A stretch of DNA of 64,000 bases from Moniliella sp. 'wahieum' (taxonomy: Eukaryota), in the NCBI GenBank assembly GCA_003971905.1, contig RSEE01000015.1, positions 434,001 to 498,000 of the forward strand, written 5' to 3'. The position numbers and the translations under genes were made by a program. The notes beneath the pieces were generated by a model. The model was given only the letters and a program-made list of their open reading frames with translations. It was not told the origin of the DNA and searched no databases. Positions 27,038 to 36,503 of this stretch are shown in pieces (position 1 is the first letter of the stretch; every line of letters starts with the position of its first letter).

Positions 27038-28992
27038 TCAGCAGTGGGCCAGCTGGGCCTTGATGTCGGCCAGCTCCTGAGCGTGACCTCCTGCTGCTCG
27101 CGCACCCCCCCGTCGTCGTACAAGTTCGAGTTGGGGAAGTGGCGGATCAGTTCGGCAAAGGCGACGCGGGTGACCTTGTGTTCGCCCTCGCCTTCGACGA
27201 CCGGGTCGCGCGTCGCCGCCTCGCTCGACTGCAGCAGCGCCTCGCCCGTGGCGTACGTCAGTTCCTGGCCCTCCTCCCCCTGCAGGGAGCGCGCGGGCGG
27301 CCTGCGTGTCGTGTCCCCTCGTACAGCGCAATGATGGCCAGCGGCACGCAGTACACCACGCTCTGCACCACCTCGTTGATTTTGATGTAGGCCTTGCGCG
27401 CCAGAAGCGTTCGAACGGCGCGAGGAACAGTGCTTCGATCAGGTTGAACGGCGCGACATAGACAAACTCGTCGGGCGCACGCACCATGGCCACCACCTTT
27501 TGCGCAAAGTACGCACGCGCATAGTCCGCCGCCTGTTCCACCACCTCTTCGTACGCCGAGTTGAAAAACGCAACGAGAATGTTGGAGAGGATGAGACTGG
27601 TCATAAATGTCAGGCAGTAGTACAACACTCGGCCAAACGGATACCCAAACGCCTCTGCCACCAAGTCGTAGTCTGGGTCACCCAGGACGGACTGGGTCAA
27701 CGTTGGCCAGCTTGCCCAGCAGATCCGGTACTTGTTGTCCGTCTGCCATGTCCAACCCGTACAGTGCCTGGCCAAAGCCGACGGCGGTGATGACCAACAA
27801 GATAAAGAAGATGGCCGTCTGCTTGAGCATGGCAAAGATGATGACCTCGACAATACCGAAGAACTGCACATTGTCCGCCACGCGCAGCAGCTGGAACCAG
27901 ATCAGGGGCGCGAGGCATGCCAGGAACTGGAACGCGCGCAGCTGCCACGCCTCTTGCTTGTGCGAGCCGGGCGGGAAGGAAAAGCCGAGCACACGACAGG
28001 TAAAGGAGACGACAAAGAGCGAGTCGGTCAACAGGTCCACAATCACCCAAAAGTCCACACCTTGTCCAATCCGCCCAGTTTGAACCAGCGCGAAATATCT
28101 TCAAACAGGAATCCCAGCGCAAACACCCACAAGGACGCTTCCCAATATCAAACTCCTTGACCGCGCGCATCGAGAGGGTGTACAAATCAAAAACACCACC
28201 CACCGCGTGATGGAGATCCAGTAGAATACATGGGCGTGCCCAAGCGCTGCGGGTTAAAATGGCGCAACCAAAATTTGGCCAGGTCCCAACTGCCTGCATC
28301 CGACGGCAGGAACGCCTCCGTTTCATGGTAGGGCAAATCTTGGTTTCGCCATCGGGCGTGTACGTCTTGACCAAGTGGCCCGTCCAGAGTGCGCGCACGC
28401 ATCCCTGCACCGGGCGAGGCGAGGAAAAAAAGGCAGTTGCCATCCACACCAGCCTCGAGCGTCGATGCCGATCGGTAGGTTGGCCCCTCGCCATCCAGAC
28501 GCTGGTACTTGCGCGTCAAACTCAAGTGGGCAGCGTCGAGTTCCCACGGACTGTCCAGCTGGCCCATACGGCCCGCCGTCAGGGCGGCCTGACCACCACG
28601 ACGGTCTTTGAGTGCCAAGCGCCAGGCGAGCTCGCTGCGTGCGGTCAACCGACGCGCCAACACTTCCGCCACCAACGCACGTTGGGTCACCAACGGACTG
28701 CCGCCCAGCCGACGCGCCAAGTAGCGGTTGTCGCGACTGGCCTCAATCAGCGCAAACGGACCAGCTTGCGGCCAATCGCAGCGGCCTGGGCAAACGCACG
28801 CCCACCGCAGGCGTCACAATGCCGTCGCGGGAAGTGATGTTGTCGGGATTGATGGGGTCGGGGATCAGTTCGTTGATCAGCAGGCGGTAGCGGCCAATCA
28901 GCGCGCTGACCACCTCGGGGCTGGGCTGGGGCAGGTCGACGGACGCCAAGGCCGCGCTCGGCCGGGAGCAGCAGCGGCTCTTGGTCGGACAT
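27038..28992 (-). CDS. YVC1: Vacuolar TRP cation channel Yvc1/TRPY1 (3' end approximate)
   Basis: AFQFLACLAPLIWFQLL, GFGQALYGLD, ILSNILVAFFNSAYEEV and FAQKVVAMVRAPDEFVYVAPFNLIE are typical Yvc1 motifs. Confidence 0.9.
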
Positions 28993-29185
28993 GGGGGAAG
29001 GGGTGGTGGGCAGCAGCAGACGCCAAGCGCAGCCGGTGGGGGGTTGGGTGGTGTGTGGTGTACAATGGGCGTGCGTACTGCGTGCTACACGGCAGACACC
29101 GCACGGACCCGCACAGGCAGGGCTGTGTAGGGGCGTGCACACTGCCGCCGTGCCGGGCGTGTGCGCTGGCAGGCTGGCGACGCCA

Positions 29186-29718
29186 GGCTTATAATTGGGG
29201 TGGCAACCCTACTGTGCCAAGCCTGCCAGCGCCGCTCAGACGTCCCAGTCACACACACCTCTTGCCGAACGCGCAACGGGGCTTCCGATCCGCTCGCACG
29301 CGCACCACTGCGGTCCACATGGGTGGATCCTATCTCCCATCTCCTATCTCCCCATCTCTCACACCCCACGGGTCGGCGCCCCATTGCTGCCCTTTCGTTC
29401 TGGAATAATTATAGCAGAAAACAGATCCAACCGACGACGAAACAGATCGTCGGCCCTCAACAGAAACGGGAATTGGAGGAGGGGAAAGGGGAGAAAGGAA
29501 ACAGAAACAGGCTAACGGAAAAGGTGCAAAGCAAGGGGGTGGTTTTGTTGCTCAGGTAGCAAGCCTGGGCCTGATCGACCTGATCGTCGCCTGTCACCGG
29601 CGCCACCAAATCACTCGTCGCTCAGCCTGAGCTCTGCCTGGCACTCGCCTGTGCCATCTGGACCAACGTGTAGAACGTGCCCGAGTGCTGGGCCATGCGA
29701 TAGAAGTAGCCATTCTTC
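29186..29718 (-). repeat. Copy B of the inverted duplication; includes a fragment of the ABC transporter C-terminus
   Basis: Minus strand reads [31 protein letters not shown], versus [29 protein letters not shown] at the ABC gene end. Homology continues through the non-coding DNA. Confidence 0.92.
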
Positions 29719-29772
29719 CACGTCTTGGATAAGAAAGGAGGAGATGTGATGGTTGTGCTATAGATGAGCCCC

Positions 29773-31491
29773 TCAGACCTGCGAACTTTCCACTGCAGAT
29801 TTAGGTCCACGCGATAGAGCCGGCAGCTCCGGATGCAGAGCGCGACAGTCCGCATTCGAATGGCCTTTGAGTTTATGGAAAGTGCAGTATCCTGGACCGT
29901 TTTGACTTGCGGTGCGGCCACCACGCAACGTGTGGACTTGGCTGGTCGATCTGGCGTCGCAGGGAAGCTGCCAGTACGGTATTCTTGAGGTCAAGATCGA
30001 CAAGTATCCGCGCGCGTGTAGTGCCGCGGATGTGGGCCAAACCGGCGAGGCGGACCACGTCTTTTTTGCGGTGGCGCGCGGAGTAAGACAATCCAAGCAT
30101 GAGCTTCGAGGTCGATGCCTGCGTTTGCTCCCATGCCGACTACGCGGTCGATACGCGCGAAGAAGCGACCTGAGATTTCCCTGGCCTCAGGGCGCATCGC
30201 CTCTACCCGAGTGACAGCATCACGTTGAATGACAGGCGTGCTCGGACGGTACAGAGAGAGCATCTGGAGGTAGACGCCCGAAGTGCTGAGCGCTGCCATT
30301 TTCCACTGTTGCATTTGTAACATCATCGATCATCGCACTTGGCCAGGAGCACGTGCTCGAGTGCCTGATCGATGGTGGCTTCCGCGGCGTTGGCGGGACC
30401 CTTGATGACAATGTCGAGGAAACCATGTGCGGAAAGGATGCTGCGCAAGCTGAAATCCCACATCCATCCAGTCGGTCACCCCAGCTGAAAACTCGGGCAA
30501 ACTGCCGTCCTTGGCCAGAGTCTTGATCTCGCCGCTCGGTTCGAGCAGGTTGACCCCGGTTTTGGCAGCCGATGGAGGCATCAGGCAGTCGGTTTGCCGC
30601 AGGGGTATGGCAAAAGCCGAGTCGGCATTGTCATAGTTTGGCTGATCTCGCTCCCATTTTTTCAATTTCTTCGTCTCGAGCGTCTCGCTCCTTCCCTGTT
30701 TTCTTCCACTTCGCACCATGTCCTCTGTTCTTGCTTCTTCCCCACGAACGATTGCTACACCCCTTGGCCTAGTCCGATTCTGGTCTCCCTCGCCTTAGCC
30801 CCGACTGTGACAGACATGACCGGTGCGGGTCGGCACCGGCGTCGCGGGCAAAGCGAACGAGGGGCCCCGCATTGCCATGCGGGATTCACGGAACGAAACG
30901 GTTAACAGCGCCGGCACGTTGGGGATCTGCTGTAGGCGAGTGAATGTGAGCAAGTCGCGGATGTACTCGCGTGAGTGCAGGCGTGAGAAAGCTTGAGTGT
31001 GCCCCAGTCGGGGATGCGTGTCTACCAAGTGGAAGGCGTAGTGCCTCGAGGCCGGTATAGGTGATTGGGCGGGCGGCGGTAATCGGCTCGGGAGCAGTGG
31101 GGGAGGAGGGGGGAAGTGGTTGGCTCGGTGGCGGCGACGAGCGGCGCAGGCGGCTTTGCAGCGGCAGACCCGTTTGCCAGCTGACGAGTGGGAAGTGTCA
31201 GGGCGTCATCGTTGGTGGATCAGAGCTTGCAGAAACGGAGTGCCGCCATCGGCTGATAAGAGGTTTGGGGTGGCTTAGGCCGACACAGGCGAGGGTGGCA
31301 GCCTCGCTTCTGCACAGAGGACGTGGGCTCAAGCCTAACACAGGAGGAGATGGTTGTGCTGTTCCAGGAGAGGAGCCCGTCAGGGGGAGAACATAGGAGG
31401 GGAGAGTCGGAGAAGGCAGCATCCAAGGTGACCGGTGATGGGCCGGTGATGTGTGATCAGCTGCATGCGTGACGCGTGGTGGCGCTGACAT
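29773..31491 (-). mobile_element. Ty1/copia-type gag remnant (no pol, no own LTR recognised)
   Basis: DW..WDFSLRSILSAHGFLDIVIKG is a copia gag N-terminal pattern (about 30400-30473). Zinc knuckle CTFHKLKGHSNADC (C-x2-H-x4-H-x4-C) at 29845-29886. Confidence 0.75.
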
Positions 31492-31532
31492 GGGAGAGAA
31501 ATCGGCATAGGGGCAAATAATATAGCCAAGGG

Positions 31533-31885
31533 TGCTAGAGTGCGACTTGAGAGCACTCGCGATCCTATGGATCAGCTGCAAAGCAGCCTTCAGACAAGGC
31601 GTGAAGGCAAAGTGGTGAGCCACAAGTCTTCAAGCAACGTCTCATTGTGAGGAGCAACAGGTCAAGAAAGGAAGCAGAGGCGTACCTTCAGACAAGGCGT
31701 GAAGGCAAAGTGGTGAGCCACAAGTCTTCAAGCAACGTCTGAAGGGAAGGAGAAAGGAGAGAGAGAAGGGAGATGGAGCGAGCAGGGCGTGCGCGGCCTG
31801 CGAGCGGAACGCTTCCGCTCGGCTAGGCGAGCGTCACCGATCCATTGAGGGCCGTGCAGGAGAACCCTAGCAGTACCCTCTAACA
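31533..31885 (-). repeat. 3' LTR
   Basis: TGCTAGAG...CTCTAACA imperfect terminal inverted repeat. Contains an internal ~55 bp direct duplication (CCTTCAGACAAGGCGTGAAGGCAAAG...CAAGCAACGTCT). Confidence 0.93.
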
Positions 31886-31896
31886 GCCCCCCTCGG
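31886..31896 (-). other. Polypurine tract of the LTR element
   Basis: Minus strand CCGAGGGGGGC immediately precedes TGTTAGAG of the 3' LTR. Confidence 0.75.
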
Positions 31897-32090
31897 TGAG
31901 CTCGCCAGACCACAGGTGGTGGTGGTCCTCGGCCAAGGGCCAAGGCATGGATGAAAGAAGAAAGGATGTCTCCAACGCCTCTGGTCAAAAAGTGAAAGGA
32001 AAAACATAATTGGCAAGCGATGTTGCCAAGTCAAGGGAAGAGAACAGTATATTCAACGCATGGAGGTAAGGAGGAAGCGTAGAAAGTCAC

Positions 32091-32400
32091 AGAGGTCAAT
32101 TCAACTTGGAAGTATACAACATGTTCCAAGTCGAAACAGGATGTTCAACGTGAGGGAGCGTAAGAAATCATAGAGGTCGATTCAACTTGGAGGTAGAAAC
32201 AACATGTTCCAAGCCGAAAGAGGATGTTGAACGTGTGCAGGTAAGGAAGCTGTGAAAGTCATAGAGATCGATGCAACTTGGAGATATAGACAACATATGC
32301 CAAGTCGAACCGAAGCCAAAGTCGAACAGTAAAAACGTAGAGTTGGAGGTCGAGTAGAACCATAGAAGGCAATTCAACTTGAAAAGAAACCAACAAGTCA
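32091..32400. repeat. Degenerate ~80-90 bp tandem repeats with internal palindrome
   Basis: Units begin at about 32091, 32172 and 32263, each TTCAACTTGGA...CCAAGTCGAA or a close variant. Confidence 0.8.
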
Positions 32401-32438
32401 AATTTGGCACAGCCATGAAAAGGAGAAAAGGACCAAAT

Positions 32439-35400
32439 TCAGGACAGAAAAAGGATGACGACTGGTCCAACCGTCACGAGGACCAGCGTCAACGATGGTT
32501 CGAAAGTACCTTGTAGGTGATCAGTACACTTCGCAAGCAGCACCGCTGGCAAAGGAGCGACCAAAGTCTTCCGGGCCCGGGTCAGGGATGAAAGTGCAAC
32601 GGCTGCCCATGTAGCGTACACTAGAGACAGTGCCTCCCGTCTTGAGACAGCCAAAGAAACTCCCATTGGGCCAGAAAGGAAACCATAGCCGCCCATGCAG
32701 CCCACATAGTTAACAGCACCGCCAATCTTGGAACGGTCAAGGTACCCCGCGCCCGGGTCAGGTAGGAAACGGCCACAACCATTAGTGTAGCCTAAACCGT
32801 CAACAGCACCACTGCTCTTGAGACGGTCAAAGTACCCCCCGCCCGGGTCAGACAGGAAACGGCTACAACCATTAGCGTAACCTAAACCGTCAACCGCACC
32901 ACTGCTCTTGAGACGGTCAAAGTACCCCCCGCCCGGGTCAAGTAGGAAACTACCACATCGAGTAGTGTAACCGAAACTGTCAACAGCAGCACTTGTCTTG
33001 GGACGATCAAAGGACCCCCCGCCCAGGTCAGATAGGAAAGTGCCACCGCTGCCCGTGTAGCCCAAAACATAAACGGTGTCCCCCATCATGGATCGGTCAA
33101 AGTACCACTGGTCCGAGTCATGTAAGAACTGCCACAGCCGCCCGTGTAGCCCCAATCGTAAACGGTGCCTGTGGTCTTGGAACGATCAAATACCACCCGC
33201 CCGGGTCAGATAGGAAACCGTCAGAACCGCCCATCATGTTGGATGCAATGGAGAGCGAGACGTTAAAGCAGAGCACACAAGAGGGCCAACGAGTCCGCAC
33301 ATTACCTCCCTAGCTAACCAAGTAAGAAGGGCAGCTAGGGTGGCTTGCGTCGGTGGGCCCCGGCCTTGGGACCTCAGGTCAGTATCGATATTCTCTCCCG
33401 ACATGACAATGTGTGCCTGAGGATCGGTACCGTGCCCATACGCAATTTGGAACAGGCAGGCCTGCCAACACATGGTGAGTATCGCTGAAAAGGGTGGGTG
33501 GGAGGGAACAGTAAGGCAAGGTGGTCCGGGCGCGTAAATGCATGTGCGGAAGGACGGGGGCAGCCCCCCTTTTTCCCGCATCCCGTCGATGGCCGCAAGC
33601 TCTGACACAGCGGCAATCGCCTTCCCTGCGTATGGTGCTAGGCCGACCGTGCAAAGCTTGTCCGCAAGCTCGGCGACCGTTAATTCTCCATGTCCAGCCG
33701 CCAGGTCGACACCGCCACACGCCATCGGCCCCCCTTGATCGGACGCTCGGCCAATAGCAGCGCGCGACATCGGTCCCCCTTGGTCAGGCACCAGGCCGAC
33801 ACGTCCACGCCATCGGCCCCCCTTTGTCGGGCGCCTGGCCAATAGCACCACACGCTATCGGCCCCCCTTCGTCAGGCGCTTGGCCAATGGCACCACACGC
33901 GGTCGGCCCCCCTTTGTCGGGCGCTGGCCAATAGCACCACACGCTATCGGCCCCCCTTCGTCAGGCGCTTGGCCAATGGCACCACACGCGGTCGGCCCCC
34001 TTTGTCGGGCGCCTGGCCAATAGTGCCACACGCTATCGGCCCCCCTTGGTCGGGTGCCTGATGGACGTCAATGGGAACCGGGCCACCAAGCGCCTGGTCG
34101 GACGCCATGCCAACCACCGGCCCCCCTTTGTCAGACGCTAGGCCAACCACCGACCCCCCTTGATAGGGTGCCAAGCCACCACCGGCCCCCCTTTGTCAGA
34201 CGCTAGGCCAACCACCGGCCCCCCTTCATCGGGTACCGGGCCAGCCATCGTTTCCTCTTCATCGGGTGAAGAGGCACCAAGCGCCATCGGCCCCCCTTGG
34301 CCAGGCGCCTGGACTTTAACAGGTACCAGGCCACCGAGCGCCTGATCAGGTGCCATGCCATCCACCGTCCCCACTGTATCAGGCGCCAGGCCAGCCACCG
34401 GCCCCCTTGATCGGGTGCCAAGTCAGCCATTGTTTCCCCTTCATCGGGTGCAAAGGCACCGAGCGTAATCAGCCCCCCTTTACGAGGCGCCGGGACTGCA
34501 ACGGGTACCGGGCCACCAAGCGCCTGATCGGTTGTCTGATCCTGAGCCACGATAGCAACTGACATGGACCTGGGGGAATGCACCTCCCGTGACGCATAGT
34601 CACCACCCGCTGGGGGTAAGCCCGGGCCGACAGATGCCATCGCAGCCACAGGATCCGGCTTGGCGATAGCAGCTGGCGTGGACCTGGGGGAATGCACCTC
34701 CCGTGACACATAGTCACCACCCGCTGGGGGTAAGCCCGGGCCGACAGATGCCATCGCAGCCACAGGATCCAGCTTGGCGATAGCAGCTGGCGTGGACCTG
34801 GGGGAATGCACCTCCCGTGACACATAGTCACCACCCGCTGGGGGTAAGTCCGGGCCGACAGATGCCATTGCTGCAACAGGGTCATACCCAACAGCAGCTA
34901 ACTCAGCCCCGGACTTGGGACTAGCGGAATGCATCGTCAGTAAATCAGGACCAACGCGTGGCATCTTGCCCAGAGGCTCATGGGCGACAGCAACTGGCTC
35001 ACACGCGGGCGAAGCAAGGTGTTCCGCTGGCTCGCTGGCACCACGAGCCGGGAAAGGCTCGTCAACGAGTGGTGCTGCAACCAGAGGTTTACCCTCTCCA
35101 CCAGTGCAATCACGAGAGCAATCCACATCCTTGGGGCCAGACACGACCACACCTTGGGGCTCTCTGATACAGTCCGCTGGGTCGAGGAGCATGTCACGCA
35201 TGGCACGACGCTTCAGATCGACACGGTGTTTGGAAGCCTGATTGTCCTCGTACAGTTTCCAAGCATTACGCACTGCCTTGATATGGCGAAAGATTGCCTT
35301 CTGCAAGTCCTCAAAAGTGGAGAAGCGATGAGACTTGGTATAAAAGACGTAGGCAACATAGAAGTCGGTCGGTGTGAGCAAGAAGTTTTCGCCACCATGG

Positions 35401-35761
35401 CCCTTATTGTAGTCGGTAATGATATCAGCCACAATAGAGTCCTTGTCTGCCACTGCGAACCAGGGAGCGGGGAGGCGATGCCACTCATCGGCATACCCCA
35501 GTGGCGAATGGTAGGAATGACTTCCAGGATGAACTTGGCAGCGACGTCCTCGTCAACGTCCGAAAGAACGACGCTCAGTTGAGCCCAAGCATAAGTCGTG
35601 CCCTTGATGCGAAAAGCCGGCCACTTCGCTGTCGTGCCAGGGGCTATCTCGACTTGGGAGTTGGGGTCAAACTCGCCACGACGAACATACGCTTCCACAA
35701 TGTCGCGAGGCGAGGAAACCGGGTGCGCAGAATGCGCAGAGGCAGAAGATAAGGGCGACAT
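32439..35761 (-). CDS. Probable single repeat-rich ORF of the LTR element, broken by indels
   Basis: ATG lies inside the PBS (GGTT-ATG). ORF pieces 35213-35761, 34203-35453, 33234-33851 and 32439-33155, with smaller fragments between them, tile the interior on one strand. Confidence 0.6.
32570..33230. repeat. 90-bp (30-aa) tandem repeats, about 6-7 copies
   Basis: ACGGTCAAAGTACCCCCCGCCCGGGTCA-like unit at 32733, 32823, 32913, 33003 and 33093. Encodes FLSDPGGGYFDRLKSSGAVDGLGYANGCSR. Confidence 0.88.
33720..34500. repeat. 39-45 bp degenerate tandem repeats encoding (P/S)D(Q/K/E)GGP units
   Basis: Recurrent CGGCCCCCCTT cores throughout the interval. Confidence 0.8.
34548..34882. repeat. 114-bp (38-aa) tandem repeat, 3 near-identical copies
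   Basis: GGACCTGGGGGAATGCACCTCCCGTGAC at 34566, 34680 and 34794. Encodes PVAAMASVGP(D/G)LPPAGGDYVSREVHSPRS. Confidence 0.92.
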
Positions 35762-35765
35762 AACC
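35753..35765 (-). other. Copia-type primer binding site
   Basis: GGTTATGTCGCCC directly after the 5' LTR, resembling the GGTTATG(G/A)GCCC site of copia elements primed by a tRNA-iMet half molecule. Confidence 0.65.
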
Positions 35766-36114
35766 TGCTAGAGTGCGACTTGAGAGCACTCGCGATCCTA
35801 TGGATCAGCTGCAAAGCAGCCTTCAGACAAGGCGTGAAGGCAAAGTGGTGAGCCACAAGTCTTCAAGCACGTCTCATGTGAGGAGCAACAGGTCAAGAAA
35901 GGAAGCAGAGGCGTACCTTCAGACAAGGCGTGAAGGCAAGTGGTGAGCCACAAGTCTTCAAGCAACGTCTGAAGGGAAGGAGAAAGGAGAGAGAAAGGGA
36001 GATGGAGCGAGCAGGGCGTGCGCGGCCTGCGAGCGGAACGCTTCCGCTCGGCTAGGCGAGCGTCACCGATCCATTGAGGGCCGTGCAGGAGAACCCTAGC
36101 AGTACCCTCTAACA
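35766..36114 (-). repeat. 5' LTR
   Basis: Matches 31533-31885 except for about 4 single-base indels. Confidence 0.93.
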
Positions 36115-36503
36115 CATATGGATTGTTTGCGCTGACGTGCTGCTGCCATAATAGCTGCAGTATAACCAAAACCAGGGTCTCGCAGGGTGTGACGTCATTC
36201 CGCTCCCTCCATTATTCCGCCCGCGGGCCAACGCGGCGGCAAGATTGAAGGTTGGGCGTTGCCGGTTGAACATTGCAGAGCTGAAGCTTGGCTGCGGAAG
36301 AGACGCATCGGAATACGAAGGCGAGTGGCCACCGAAAGCGGTCTCTCGCATCGCCACCATCCCTCCGCCCTCCCATCCGGCGTCCTCCCCCCATCCTCTG
36401 CCCATCCCACCACCACCACCTCCTACACCTCCTACACCAACCCCCCACCCGCATTCCCGCATTCCCCCATCCCCCCGTCCCCACCCACCCTGCTCCAGCA
36501 GCC

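Larger units (their letters stand above)
31533..36114 (-). mobile_element. Non-autonomous copia-type LTR retrotransposon (~4.6 kb)
   Basis: Two near-identical ~350 bp direct repeats with TG...CA ends. PBS-like GGTTATGTCGCCC next to the 5' LTR and purine tract next to the 3' LTR. No RT, integrase or protease motifs seen inside. Confidence 0.9.

Noticed and set aside
32091..33230. Palindromic and regularly spaced repeats resembling a CRISPR array
   Set aside because: Eukaryotic context, degenerate tandem units without unique spacers, no cas genes, and location inside an LTR element.
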